From Amphiscolops sp. MND2022 (taxonomy: Eukaryota): a stretch of 64,000 nucleotides of DNA. The position numbers were made by a program, and so were the translations under genes. The stretch covers positions 54,004,001 through 54,068,000 of the forward strand of contig OZ076409.1 in NCBI GenBank assembly GCA_964187785.1, in the 5' to 3' direction. Positions 49,801-63,262 of the stretch are shown in pieces. A model generated the notes under the pieces. It was given only the letters and a program-made list of their open reading frames with translations, did no database searches and had not been told where the DNA came from. The stretch's first letter is position 1, and each line of letters starts with the position of its first letter.

Positions 49801-51217
49801 AGGTTATAACTCACGAAAATATCTGTCTCCTTTCAGAGAGGGTCCTAATGACCGTTCTCTCTTACCGACATAGGTAGGGTTATTGTCTCATATCTACATC
49901 ATGTGTTTCCACAGGTCCAGAGCTTCGAGTGGTCCCTAATTATGGACAACTTCTTCGCTGTCAAATTGGAGTTATTTCAACGCTTGGTCAGCGATTGTGA
50001 GTATTTCTAGTTTGGTAAAGTCACTTCGGTCTGTTCCCCTTTTAGGCACCTTTAATTTTAATGTTTTAGACGTCACTAGTTTCGTCATCAGTTTGGGCCA
50101 GAGGCGAGATGCTACCTTCTTTCTCTGTGGAGAGGTATGCAAACACATCAACCGTCTTTGGTTTCGCATTTATCAGCCCGACACAGTACCTCTGGAAAGT
50201 GCTTGGTTCCTGCTGATGGATTTCCGGATAAGTCAGGGCAAACTCATGAGTGACGAGTACTTTCTAGTGCGCCTCAAAATTGCCAGTAAGGTGACCACTG
50301 CGAGCAACCTGAAGGCGGCCGGACTTCATTTTAACAAGAAGTCACGCAAGGCAGCCATCAATAAGACCGCTGAAAGTGCAAAGTCAGATTTTGTGGGAAG
50401 TGCAAGGGATTTCATCAAGTTCCTGTTATCAGGGGTGCTCCAGCATACCGAGCTCGGATCCGACCTCATCAAAGGATTGGCTGCATTTGATCCGCACATC
50501 TTGTTCAGGAGGCCCGTAGAAGTTGCCTTAAGGCATTTTGATCGTTTGCATTCCACATTTCAGCTGCGTTCTTGGGTTTCGGCGTCCAACGAATCAGTTT
50601 GTCGGGACGAGTATGTTGCCTTGTTGGACTACCTCCGAGCCAACCATTCCTCTGAGTTCAGCTCAGCCAGTGACCCTCCTGACCTCATTGACTTCTTCAT
50701 GGATCTGGAGTTCCTCCAAACTCGCGAACATCTTTGTTATTTATTCAAATTGAGCTGCCTCTGTATCACTTCTGTAAGTACCGAGTATCCCTCAGTTTCC
50801 TTGGGGAGAGTCGACACAAAGAGGCTCCAGTCTCGTTTGGTAGACGTCATCTTGCCTTGCCAAAGTTATCTGTCGACAGTGCGTGATTCCTTGATTGCCT
50901 GCTGCACTAAATCTCGACTTGAGAAATTCTCCGAATTGTCCTCATCGTTCGGACAATCTGCTTTTGCCGCTGATTACGACCCTTGGACTTACGTAGACGG
51001 TTTTGGACGTTCTGCGATTTACAAGACTCTTGTCTCTTCCTATCGCTCTGCTCTCTCTGGGTCAGAGTTCCATTTTAGAAGTCCTGGTTTTGCTGATACT
51101 GCTCCTGCTGTCAAGCTGCCTAGTGATCGTAAGCGTAGGCGGATAGAAAGAAGTTGTTCCCGTAGTAGGGCCTCATCTGTCGTCGAAGAATGCCCTGCTG
51201 ATGGTTCTAAAAACTAA
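46812..51217 (+). pseudogene. Element B antisense spliced accessory gene (homologue of the element A gene), disrupted in this copy
   Basis: Exons 46812-46827, 47029-48985, 49084-49569, 49668-49802, 49915-49996, 50070-51217, all GT..AG and phase-compatible. BED-like WCHMC...ILRHHRTEKH. One frameshift near 47545 and TAA stops at ~47782 and 49549-49551. Confidence 0.85.
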
Positions 51218-51430
51218 TTGTACGTATGTATTTATGTACCTACAAACTGTAAACTTTGTTGATTTTCTGTTTTGTTTCTTTTGATTTCTTGATGTCTTGA
51301 TCACTTATTTATTCCTTTTTGTATGGGATCCTTTGAAATGCCCCAGTATTTATTCAAAAAAAATTCTCAGAGGGGCTTGAAAAAACAAAGATAAAAGAAA
51401 AGAATTCCCATTTCCGGGAAAATTCAATTC

Positions 51431-54400
51431 TTAGTATCTGAAGTCTTCTGAGTAGTTTGGGTTAGGGTTAGGTCTGAGATCATATTTCCCTCCTCTAGGG
51501 CTCAGACTTTCATTTCTAGCATCGTTTTTGGATATTTCGGGCACGATAATATCATCCCCCTCTTTTTGGAGAGTTTTGTGCACCGTTTTCATTCGTCAAA
51601 TTTTTTTCTGAGAGAATCTCATCTTTTTTTGGTCTTTCATCCGTATTCGGCAAAGTTTTTTCTTGACTTTTCGGGTGAACGGCCGGATTCGGCCAATCAG
51701 ATTTGTCATTGCTAGTCGCTTCACTAGCTTCATTCCTTTTTGTGACGTCATGATTTAATCTTTCATTCCGGCTCCGCGCCGCGTGGTCAGCGTAATTTGT
51801 TTCGTCACTCGTGATTATGTAATCCGCTTCATTCTCGTTTACGTCACTATGACTCGGTTCTGCCGCATGCGGATGTTCGCCATTCGGTAAGCTAGTCGGA
51901 ATGGGACTCTGTCCTCGTGTAACTAGTTGCTCACCAAAGTCTGTTTCCCACGTTATGACATACAAGTCGTCTTGCGGAATGACAATCTCGTCGTCAGGTT
52001 GTAATCGCTGTTCTTGGAAATTGTCTTCAAGCGGTTGATTAGGGACAAACTTTTTAAGGCGAATCCGATGCAATATCTGAGTTTTGTTTGTATTAATTCG
52101 TCGTACAATATAATTCTCATTTGGCAAAACTTTTTGGACTACAAATGGCCCAACCCAACGGTAATCGCGGAATGGAATTTTTGATCCTTGATTGTCCGCT
52201 TTCGGCTGTAAGACAAAACAGTATTCGTTCTCCTTTAGTTGAGCGGCTTTTGCTTTGCGGTCGTAATATTCTTTGTACTTGATATACGACTGCATAATGT
52301 TCTGTTTCGTTTTGTCGATCAGGATTTTTGTCCGGTTTTGGATTTCTTCAGCAAATTCGGTTGTGGGGTTGATCTGCTCGTTTGGATTATTTCCAAGCTT
52401 GTGATCCAAAATATTAAATGGAATTCGTCCCTGGAATACTCTCGTCGGCTCATAACCGATGCTGGCGTGATATCTAGTATTATGTTTCAGTACTGCTAAT
52501 GGCAAGTATTTGTGCCATTGTTGGCGATATTCCCCACATGCCATTTTGAGATTTGTTTTCAATGAGGCATGAGTTCGCTCCAATTTCCCAATTGTCTGCG
52601 GGTGTTTTGTTGTTGCACATTTGAGTGTTATACCCAAAATTTGCGTAACCTCCGCAATAATTGTAGAAGTGAATGCAGTACCCTTATCAGTAATAAGAGT
52701 CGTTGGCAGATATGCGTGTTTAGTCATGATGTCAATGAGCGCTTTTGCTACATTGATCGCTGATGCGTCCGTAAGGGAATAGGCGAACAAATATCTGGAG
52801 AATACGTCAATTGCCGTTAGGACATTTTCATACCCTCCACTTGGGGGAAGATTCGGCAATAGGTCGATTTGCATGGCGTCTTCAGGTCCAAGGTCCCATT
52901 CGGGCAAATTGAGCAGCTCCGGTGTGATCGTTGCATTAGGGACTCGCTTGTCTCTTGCGCATTGTTCACACCCCTCTACCCATTTTTTGACGTGTTTAGC
53001 CATGTTAGGATAGTACTACCTCTGTCGGATTTCCTGCAACATTTTTGAAATGCCAGGATGTTTATGCGCTGTCCCGTGAAGGGACTGAAGCAATTCCTGT
53101 AGTAAATGTTGCGGGAGCAGAATTTGATGGTATTTAACGTTCCCTGTTTCATCAAAGTATTGTCTTGTCAGGATTTCGTCCTTTAGTACAATTCGTTCCT
53201 GATTGTTTGCGTAATGTCTATGTCGGGCATCCTGGTGCAGTAGATTTTCTGAATACTCTTCACGAAGCAGTTTTGCTTTCAATTGTTGTAGTACTGCATC
53301 TTTGGATTGCTCGATGATGATCTGGTTCGTTTTCCTCAATCGGACTTGTATATCGGGGTGTTGCTTGACCAGATTTGTTGACAGAGTGTTTATAGTAACA
53401 GTGGGCTCATCAGTTGCTGGATTTTTTCTGGTTGCTTCTTTTCTTGCCCAATACTGTTCCTCTGTCTCATCGTCGTCATTGGTGTAGAAGATTTGTTCTT
53501 CTTGTGACACCCCTGCGGATTGGAAATTGATTTCGATTGGTAGTGTTTGTACATCTTCACGAATTTTCATCACCAATTTGTCCTTCGGGTCTGCTTCCAA
53601 TCGGGACAAATAGTCGGCAGCTGTATTTTGTGCCCCCGAGATGTGCGCTATGACAAAATTGAACTGGATAACATAGTCACATGCGTTCCACAGTGCTGGG
53701 GGTATTATTTTCGTTTGGAAAAATCGTGTTACAGCTTTGTTGTCCGTAAGGTTGATGACCGATTTCGGCGCACCCCAGAAGATATGTCCGAATTCTTTGA
53801 ATGCAAAATAGATTGCAAGAAATTCTTTAGCATAAATTGACATTTTGATCTGTGCTGGGGTGAAAGTTTTTGATCCATATGCAACCGGTGCATACGATTT
53901 CCTGAGTGATGTAAATTTCTGGCTTGGGTCGTCTTCAATTAGGACCGCGTATCCGGCTGCACCGAAACTTGCATCAGTCATTAGTGCTATTTGCTTGTTT
54001 GGAATGGGTTGCTGTAGGGCCAAGTCTCAACGTTTGTCTAGTGCTCTATTGATTTCTTTGAATTGTTGGACTAATTCTTTCGATACTAGGACCTTTTCGT
54101 CACTTTTGAGCATCTTGTAGAATGGAGCAAGGCGTTCGGAGAGTCTTGGGACATAATTCCTGTAGTAGTTTAGGAATCCCAAATAGCGCTGTAAAGCTTT
54201 TTTCGACTTCGGGAATTTGGTCTTTTCCAGAAAGTTTTGCACATTCTGTTTCTGGGGTTTGACGCCTTGTGGGGTAATAGTCCGTCCGAGAAAATCAATT
54301 TCTTTTGCACCGAAGTGTCATTTGTGCATTGTTAATTTAAGGCCTGCTTCCTGAATGCATTTGAACGTAGCTCTCAGGTTCGTTATGAGGTGGTCAGCAT

Positions 54401-56641
54401 CATTGGCTGCGATGCCGATATCGTCCACATACTGGGCACACTGATCCGCTTTAATGACTTTGTCGAGGTATTCCCTCATGAAACTCGAGAATGCAGATAG
54501 TGACCGACTAAGGCCTTGTGCCAAACGTCTGTAGGCGAATGTGCGACTGGCAAAATTGAAAGCCAACATTTCGATTGAACGTTGGTCGGCCATTGGTAGG
54601 CAGTGGTATGCCTGCGAACAGTCTAATTTACAGAACAGTTTTTTGCCTGCCAAGTGTTGGGCAGCATCAACTAGTGTACTGACGGGGTGATTATTGTTGA
54701 TATAGTCATCCGAGATGAGGTAGTTGATTTTTCTCAAGTCAACCAAGAGTCGGCGTTTCCCATTCAGTTTCTTTTGTGCGAATATTGGACTCGCATATTT
54801 CGAGAATGGTAGGGAAGTGATTATGCCATATTTGTGTAACATGGCTAATTCAACTAGGATGTCCTCCTTCAAGTTGATAGGAGCTGGAAGGCTTTGACTA
54901 TAGGCTGGGGAATCGTCCTTAGGCGTCAATTTGACCTTGAATTCCTCGTTCATGCCTATATCGAATCGATGTCGTGCAAATATGTCATGGAATTCCACTT
55001 ACAATTCCTCAATTTTATCCTTTTCTTCAGGAGTAAGGGTGGAGTCCTTCAAATCAAAGTTTTCTAAGAATTTTGCACGCGATTCCTCATCTTTGGTGGG
55101 GTCGAGTGTCTCCAGGTCCTGTAAGGCCTGTAATTCTCGAAGGATTCGTTTTTGTATAAGTGTGTGTTCCTCAGGATTTCCAGGATTTTCTGGAGTTGGG
55201 AACCAGTAATTTTCAGAATTTTGAGAATTTCTGTTTGTCTTGATGAAACTGCTGACATAGTGGGCTGCCTGTTCTTGGTCGTTTTGCAAGAGGTGCGAGG
55301 TTGATGCCGGATCTACCGGTTTGACGTATTTCATCAATTCTGGCGTCATGACTGAGAAATTGGCAATGTGAAGTCCCTTTTTGAGTTTATAAGTGTGGTC
55401 TGTGAAGTTGTTCACTGGTATCATTATAATGCCATCATTCAGAGTGACCAATGCTGGGCAAAATGTAATGTCGCCTTCTTCATGTAGAAGGTCGCTCGGT
55501 TGCAAAATTCCAGTAACCGCATTCTCAGGGTACAGTAAGGAGTTGGTCCTAATTAGGACTCTGTCATTTGGCGGAATTGTTATTTCAGTGGGGTTGAGAA
55601 TCGGTTCCAGTACGTTAGAGTATTTGTGATCAGCTGTTTTAAGCTGCATTGAAAAGAACGGGAAATTTAGTATCCCTTGTCTCATGTCCAGAACTGTATG
55701 GTTTCTTTGAAGGAACATTAGTCCAATGATCGGACCTGTCAGATGTTCCATCACTATGAAAATCTCGTGGAACGCGATGTCTCCAACTTCAAATTTGAGC
55801 TCTATTGTACTCTTAGGAGTTTCCAATTGCCCATTAGCGACCAATATTTGGAAATTCGGAGGCGGACCTTCCCGGATAACAGATTGTGGAGATAAAAGTC
55901 GAATTTCCGGAGGTCCATTTCAGGAATTGCACTGGACAGCGCTCCAGTGTCAATGAGTCCGTCAATGGTCAATTCCCCAAAGTCCATTGGGAAATACAAC
56001 ATGCGTTTTTGGCATTTAAGGTTTATGTTGGTTGACAAGGGTATACAGTCTGGTTCACCGTCTCTAGTTATTAAGACATTTTGGAACTGTTTCTCGTCTA
56101 GTAATGATTGTGGTACGGATTCAACATTGCTGTCATGGGTCTCGGTCCCCAATGGGTTTGGGAACACTGGATGGTTTGTGCCATCATTCATTTGCCAGTT
56201 TTCAAATAATGCTCTGGTCTTCTTATTGTGGGTGATTGGAGGGTTCTCGTGGATTGTCCGATTGTAGTGTTCAATATCATCTAGAACGTAATGAAATTGT
56301 AATAGTTCTTGATTATAGATCTCGGTGTCCCAATAGGGATCTCTGCCGTAGTCTTGATCGATATACGTTGGATTGTAGTTATCGACTAGGGGAATGGGCC
56401 TGAACCGGGTAGTAAAGGTGGTGGTATAGTCAGGGTCCCAAACAGGAATTGGTTTCTGGAATTAATAGGTGTTGTAGGTGATGGTGATAGCTTTGTCCAT
56501 CTGTTGCTGCCAGACAACAGAGGGATAGCCCATCAATTGTTTTGTATCCTGATGAAAGGTTTTTGTTGAAGGATCCGACCTGATGTATTGGCGGACGGAT
56601 ATCAGTTCGTTGTATTGGAGTCGTGTTGAAGTTAGTTTTTT
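51431..56641 (-). pseudogene. pol: Element B pol, broken by several stops and frameshifts
   Basis: LIDTGA (55802-56191), QYVDD (54318-54998), RNase H TDAS (53016-54023), integrase IDLLP/TDKG/LERTH (51552-53003). Tail KYDLRPNPNPNYSEDFRY runs to 51431. Confidence 0.93.
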
Positions 56642-58286
56642 GACTCATCATTAGAGGATGAGGATTGTGAGTTTGAAGATGTTGGTCTATTTTGCGGCTT
56701 CTGGGCCTTTGAGGTGGGCTTACCGTCATTGGCGTCATCTGGTCTGGTGCGTTTGGGTTTGAGATGCGCGCCAGAACCTTGCCAACATTTTTCCTCCGGG
56801 TGGTTATTTTTGCCACAAGTACCACACTCCGGATATGTTTTCTTCTGTGTTTGTTTGCCTTGTTGGGCATCTTTTTCTTTTTTCTTTTTGAGTTTTTCGC
56901 AGTCCGTGACCATATGGCCCTTTTCCTTGCAATAATTGCAAGTAATGTCTGACATTTGCCCAGTGGACAGAGGAGTTTTGGATTTTGTAGTCGAGGAGGT
57001 CATTGTGGCCATTGGTAGGTCATCTGATTCTTCAAGGGCGTTGAGTTCCAACTCTCTCTCCAAATGAGCAACAATTTCATCATATGAGCCATTTTCTAAT
57101 CTGGCCATGTTGACAGACCGCTTCAACTTAGGTGGCAGCTTTGCGTAAAGCAAGCTGTCAATCATTTTCTGTGCATGATCACCAAACGCCTTCTCGGCTC
57201 CCTGGTTTAATTCTTCGAGAAAATCAGGCAGCTTCATCGTATTGGGATCGAAGACCAGACGGTGCCATTTATGTTTGGCAGTCGCCTGTGACTCAGGCTT
57301 GACGTATTTTCGTCTAAAGATGACTAATACGTCCTCTAGAGTTTGTCGGTTGCTTGAGCTGATATTTCTGAATGTCTGAAGAGCATTCGTCCTCAATAAT
57401 GAGTGGAAGTGATTGATCTTCATTTGCTCAGTCATTTCTGGCTGCATCTTGATAATAGTGTGAAATAGATCTTCGAACAGCTCGAATTTCTCACTTTTGC
57501 CGTCGAATGTCATGGTATTTGAATTGACTGGGCGTATGGTGAGTTGTTGGGCTGTCGGTCTATTCTGCATTGTAGTCAAGACGTCTGCTAGTCTAGTGAT
57601 GGTGTCGGAGTCAGCAGCCGTAGCGATTCTCTCTTGTGCTGGGATCGTCGTGCCAAGGTTGATGTCCTCAAAGGACCTGTCGAGATGATTTCTGGATGAG
57701 ATTCGTCCTGTGAGAAGCTTAGGAACTGTATTTGGAGATTCGTTGTCTCCTGTCACCATGTCATGAACATTACGGTATGTTTTGTCACCACGTTCACTAT
57801 TAAGAGTAGTTTTAGCTTTCGCGTTGTGCTGAACTGCGGAATAACTTTCCGGTCTCTCATCAGGCCTCTCCCATCCCCTTCTAGTCTCCTGTCCTGAACC
57901 GGCCATAATAACGTTTTGAATCTGGGGCAAAACCTGGTTGTGGATGGCGTCACTTATGGCTCTCTGGATCTGAGAACTAACACTGTTCATCATCTCATCC
58001 ATCTCTCTAGATTTTCTAGAGTTCAATTCACTCGATAACTTATTGATCTCAGCTTGAGAATCTATACTTGCTGAGTTTTGGTCATAACCGGCACAAGTCC
58101 CGGCTCCAAGATTTCTATGATCGGAATGAAGGTTCATTTCTTCATTTACCAAATTACTACTGGTAATACTTTCCTGCCTCCTAGTGGAAGTTCTATCGAG
58201 ACTTCCGTCTCTTCCTGTATCATTGAAGTGATTTTCACTAATCCTCTAGATTTCCTTGCTTTCTTTTGCTTTCTTGTGGTAGGCAT
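56632..58286 (-). CDS. gag: Element B Gag, starting inside the 5' LTR (N-terminus frameshifted)
   Basis: ORF 56632-58152 has two CCHC knuckles (CNYCKEKGHMVTDC, CGTCGKNNHPEEKC). The presumed start MPTTRKQKK at 58286 is out of frame. Confidence 0.9.
56635..56641 (-). promoter_or_regulatory. -1 ribosomal frameshift slippery heptamer A AAA AAC (element B gag/pol)
   Basis: TCA AAA AAC TAA at the gag stop; the -1 frame stays open (QKTNFNTTPIQR). Confidence 0.8.
57747..57758 (-). promoter_or_regulatory. Element B primer-binding site
   Basis: TGGTGACAGGAG abuts the CA end of the 5' LTR; identical 12-mer to the element A PBS. Confidence 0.85.
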
Positions 58287-59469
58287 TAAGACTGAACCGC
58301 GTTGAATACTTGAATTATCAATTCCGGAAAATAACAGTGAAACCGTTTGTATTTATGAACGTCTTTATCAAATGGGAAAAGTAAAAGTCTGAGCCTTCCT
58401 GCAGGGGTATGGGTATTTATACCTCTGCAAAGATGACACATACATTTTTTACATACTTTGATCAAGACAAATCATAGGATTTTACAATCATCATGAGGAA
58501 ATCTCCGACAATTACATATTTCCGGGGGACATTCAAAGAATGGTATTCAAAGTCATCACTTTAAGTAGCAACTTCAAACAGTCTATCGGTCAGACCTACT
58601 TCAAGTGTGATGTAAACAAATATCACAACTTGCATATTTTATAGTGTTGTAAAATGAAGGCACGTGCCGGTACAAGTTTACTGCAAATTAAGCTGAAAAT
58701 GGAATGTACTACAATGTGTGGAATTCTAATACTGCATCGATATTCACGAAAATACACTCGCATATCAGAGCCGGAATAGGCCCAAATCCATAACATGTAC
58801 TGCGCATATGAAGGACATGGTAAAAAGGCCTCAACCGTCCCTTTATTGAAGTTGGAAATATACAAACATCAAACACCACAAACGTATTTATTTAGGCTAA
58901 TATCACGATCTAATAGCTCTGCATAAGTATTGATTCAATTAGGCAATGAAGGTATTATTATGCTTGAATTGGCCGAAACTGTCCATTTGACTGAGGGACT
59001 GGTATAAATTAGCACCGCTTAGTCAATAGGCCTTATCCGGCCATCATAAATAAAGCACTCATAATTAGCAAAAGCAATGTTCTGATTGGCTAATAATCGT
59101 ACTGAAAGTTACATCGCCGAGAAGGGACGTTTTCTCACTTGAACACGTTTCCTTCTCGCGATTAACCTGCTTATTGTACGTTGCCGCTTTTATCAAATTT
59201 CACACTCTATTTGTAATACAGTAAAACTTCCTTTACAAATCTCAAACCACAACCTGGTTTGGATAGCTCCAAACCGTAATTTTAACAGACTAATATCACG
59301 AACAATTATATAAAAATGCACTTGATTAAACAAAAATGAATGTGATCAACAAATAAATATAAGTTTCAGCAAGGGGAAGTTTAAAACGTGGGTAGGGTAC
59401 CTGGGACGACTTCTTGATTTTCCGCTGACGTCGTTATTAATGTGCCGTCACAGGCGGCAGCCTGTGACA
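57759..59469 (-). repeat. Element B 5' LTR (1711 bp)
   Basis: Direct repeat of 43493-45203, followed by the PBS. Confidence 0.97.
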
Positions 59470-59854
59470 ACTATTTACCCAAATAGGAGAACAAAAAATG
59501 AAAGTTTTTCTCGGAATAAGTCTGAGTGCTTTTTTAAAACTGAAAAGTATACAACGATTCTCAATAATTTGCTCACCTATTGACCGAGTTTTGTTACTTA
59601 ACGTCACGGCATTGTTACTACTATCATAAATTATCATACAAAGCAAACTTCGAATCAAGTTATTACAACTTGCGGGTTTGCGATATCGGTGTGCAAACCA
59701 TCTTCTCTAGCTATGATTTGTGAATCAATACCCTAATGAGGTAACGTGTTGAAATTACTGAAGTTCGAGAATGCAATAGAAACTAGTGCAATAAAAATAA
59801 ACAGAATTAGAAAATAAAAAAGAGTTATCAAAAAACGGATTTGCTACTATGGAA

Positions 59855-60055
59855 CCCTTGTCAAGAACATGGTTAATCTTGGCATCATTGCCAAGATCAT
59901 GGTAAAACTTAGTACCTTTGCATAAAACATGGTAACATTTGCATAATCATGGTATCTTTGGCAAGATCTTGGAAAGATCATGGTAAGATCTTGTCAAGTC
60001 TAGCTAGCGATTTACCATGGTTCTTGGCAAGCGTACCGTGTCTTCGATCGCTGGG
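59855..60055. repeat. Degenerate MITE-like remnant with CAAGATCATGG-type short repeats
   Basis: CTTGTCAAGAACATGGT versus ACCATGGTTCTTGGCAAG (imperfect inverted), with ~10-bp repeats between. Confidence 0.45.
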
Positions 60056-63000
60056 TATAGTCGACTCTTTTCTAAAGAAAGCGCCGACTAAAGATTGAGT
60101 ACCGACATTTTTAGAAGATTAAAGTGTAAGTTCTAAGAGTCTATTTTAGGAATACATAGTTCTAAACTTGAATAAAATTACAGAAAATTTCGGCCGGTAT
60201 GCTTTTACATCTATAATCAATCAACGCTTCTTTCTTCTTTGAGAATATTGATCCGAATATTTCAACTTGTAAACAATAAAATAGCCGTGCGATCAGTGAT
60301 AATTAAATCTTTTGAACTAAAAGGCGCTGCTTGATGCACTGATATGGTAGGAACATTTCTGGTTTGAAATTTCAACCACTTGATCGATCTTGTCAATAAA
60401 TTGCAGCCGCAAACGCTTCGATTCGACATTTAATTTTTGGTCCGCCAACTATTGAATAATGAGATATTTTATAACTTGCCAGTAATAAATCAAACTGATT
60501 TGATTAAAACAAGACCCTCCTTGAAACAGGAACAACAAAGACGCAATTGACAAAGGTGCCCGCAGTCGCAAGGATCCTGTGTGCGTCGATTGGTTGGTTT
60601 AAACTTGTTAATAACAAATAACCTTCAAAAGTGCAAACATTTCCTGTAGAGAGCGTTTAATCAACAGTTATCTCAATTCAAACACACAAACTACACGTCA
60701 TTCAATCATTCTTTGCCCGTGGGTTTCACCCTGTCGCCCGTGATTACCCAGAGCCGTCAAATTAGAATTAAGTATTTTATTAAAGGAAACTAATTTATTA
60801 TAAACGTCAAGATTCTTTGTGTTCAAACATACTAAATTTGCGCCTGCCTTTCATTAGTAACAAATGAACTGGACTCATGCAGAATCCAGAAACAGTGTAT
60901 AGGCCGAAAATGTTCTCAACTTGCATAACTCCTCTTTAATTGGTTTCTGATCTGTCTCTGTGGTCACGAATTATACCAGATCAGAAATACTTTCGCGCAA
61001 ATTGGCCGCTTGGGGATTATTATCACAAAAAATTGCCCTAAGTTACACAGAAGTTTACACAATTTTATATATTACATCAAAACATCTAACACTTTTTAAT
61101 ATCATGTTATCAAGAACCACTACTTCGCTAATTTATCCCCTGTCGTTTTTCCCACTTTTCTCTGATAAAGATAGGTAACTTTTATTTACTAACTGATTAG
61201 AACCCCAGCCCGCATTATTCCATTACATAATGGATCTCAAAAATTACACAATCCGTTTCTTTTGCGATTTTGACTTGGGGCCAAAATAATTCATCATCGC
61301 GGGAAGAAACAGCAGTAGAATATGAGAAGGCAGCAGAAAATAGGAAAAAACTGTGTCTTCTCAAATTATTCAAATTTGCACATCGCAGTTGGAAATCCCT
61401 GCTAACTGATTTCAAGTCTGTGAAGCGCGTCTACACACAAATATATATAAGAGGCAGTATTTTTAGAAAGCTGCGTAATTTTCATCTTCTTTCCTCCGTC
61501 TTTTCCCTAATTTTACCTCGCCTGGTTGCAGCAGAAAGCGTGAAGCAGCGGTGGCGGCGGCGGGCTCAATACACGAGTACAATTGTGTATGTTCCTTAGC
61601 ACCGCATTTTTGACAACAACTTATGCTATCGGTCTGATGTGCAGCCAAAATTTAATCCCTTCCGTAGCTTCCTTCCTGTGTTACGTGGAGGACATGTTTT
61701 CTCTTTTCAGGATGGCAAAAGAGTATGAACGCTTTTTATTTTTATTTGACGCAAAATACCATTTCTAGCAGTCTAGAGCTTAGAACCAATTGAAGCTACT
61801 AGCGCCGTATTATTTTTTGTCGTTGTCGACGCCGCGTCCGCAGCCACAAATTCACTCGCTGTCGAATTTAGAGCTGCAGGCTGTAACAGAAACAAGCTAC
61901 TACCGTCTTACAATCGTTGAAATTCAAATTTATTCATTTCTTTTTTTCCATTTTCATTCCCGCCGTTTTTGTTCTTCCAAACAATTCAGGCGTCTCTTCT
62001 GCCGGAAAAAGATAAACAACCCCCACCTAGGAGACAAGTATTGCCAGTGATTCGAATTTGTCCAAAACCCGTATGGCCAGATATATCATGAGACGTTTCA
62101 TAAAAACTACACATTATTTCTTTGCAGTTATAAATCCTGGAGAATTACGGAACTAAATGGAGTTTACAACAAGATTAAGCATAAATGGGGCGAAAAGGTT
62201 AAGCAAAATTAATTCCCAATATTTGCTTTCGTGTTTGGATTGTTTCTTATGCCAAATTAGCCGCTGATATTTCTCTGGAACGTAGGGAGGCAGCTCAATC
62301 GTTGGCATTTGTTGGATCTATATTGCGAAATATGGAGAAAGTATATTGAAAATATATTATGAGAGTCTTCAATGCAAAGAGTATGTACGTCAAATTTGAG
62401 GCTCTTTGTAAGTGAAGCCGTGTCATTACACAGATTATGAGAGAGGTTGATTGTTGTGCGCACATTGCAGCGACATTTTGACAGAGGATTCGAAGTGGAT
62501 CTGTGGTAAATTGTTAGAATCCTCCGGTTGGTAACTCACATGAGGTTTGGGGATATATTTATCGTTTTTTAATCCCCTCTTGTTTATTAATGGATTACCG
62601 TGCCATGCCAGATCGCAGTGAAAGTTCCAGCTCCTGCATTGCTCCACATATACGGTGCCAGGGTGTCCGCCACGCAAGTAATTCGCCAGCAGTTTCAGCT
62701 CAAGTTACACCGTTACAACTAATTTCATTACCCGGCGGTCCAGGTTTAAACACCAGCAGCCAAGGATCTACTACAGTGCCAGCTATTCCTCAAACTCTAG
62801 CACCAGCAGTAGCCCAACCAAGTTTTCCCCGTCGCTTCCTCAGTAATAATGCTAACGTGGTCCTAGTTGACAACACTGAACGCCACCTACCTACCAAAGG
62901 TCCTAGAAAATTTTGAAAAGTCACGACCTAGATATGAGCTCCAGCTGTCGGGAAAATTTGAAAGATCTGTGGAGAAAAAATTAGGGCTCTGGAAATTTCA

Positions 63001-63262
63001 AGCTGTGGATTCAATAAATCGCCACACAATGTACCTGTCAAATTAGAAGTTACGTCATTGAAAGTTTTGGAGCAGAAATTACAAGTCTTTCATAGAACTA
63101 CTGTTCAACAATTGTAAAATCTTTGAACTATGTCCTGAAAATTAGAAATACTTTTGCAGATTTCAGAAACTTGCCTTTCTTGAAATCGGCCTCAATTTAA
63201 TTCCAGCAAAAACTCATGAGAAACTTTGAGCTCACAGGATATTCAATAGTTGTCAACTAGGA

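Larger units (their letters stand above)
43493..59469 (-). mobile_element. Element B: full-length giant Ty3/Gypsy LTR retrotransposon (16.0 kb), coding-defective copy
   Basis: LTRs 43493-45203 and 57759-59469 with TG..CA termini. TSD ACTAT at 43488-43492 and 59470-59474. PBS present; gag and fragmented pol. Confidence 0.97.

Noticed and set aside
46812..51217. Independent nested hAT DNA transposon
   Set aside because: No TIRs or 8-bp TSD noticed, catalytic motifs missing, and the same position, orientation and introns recur in the other element.
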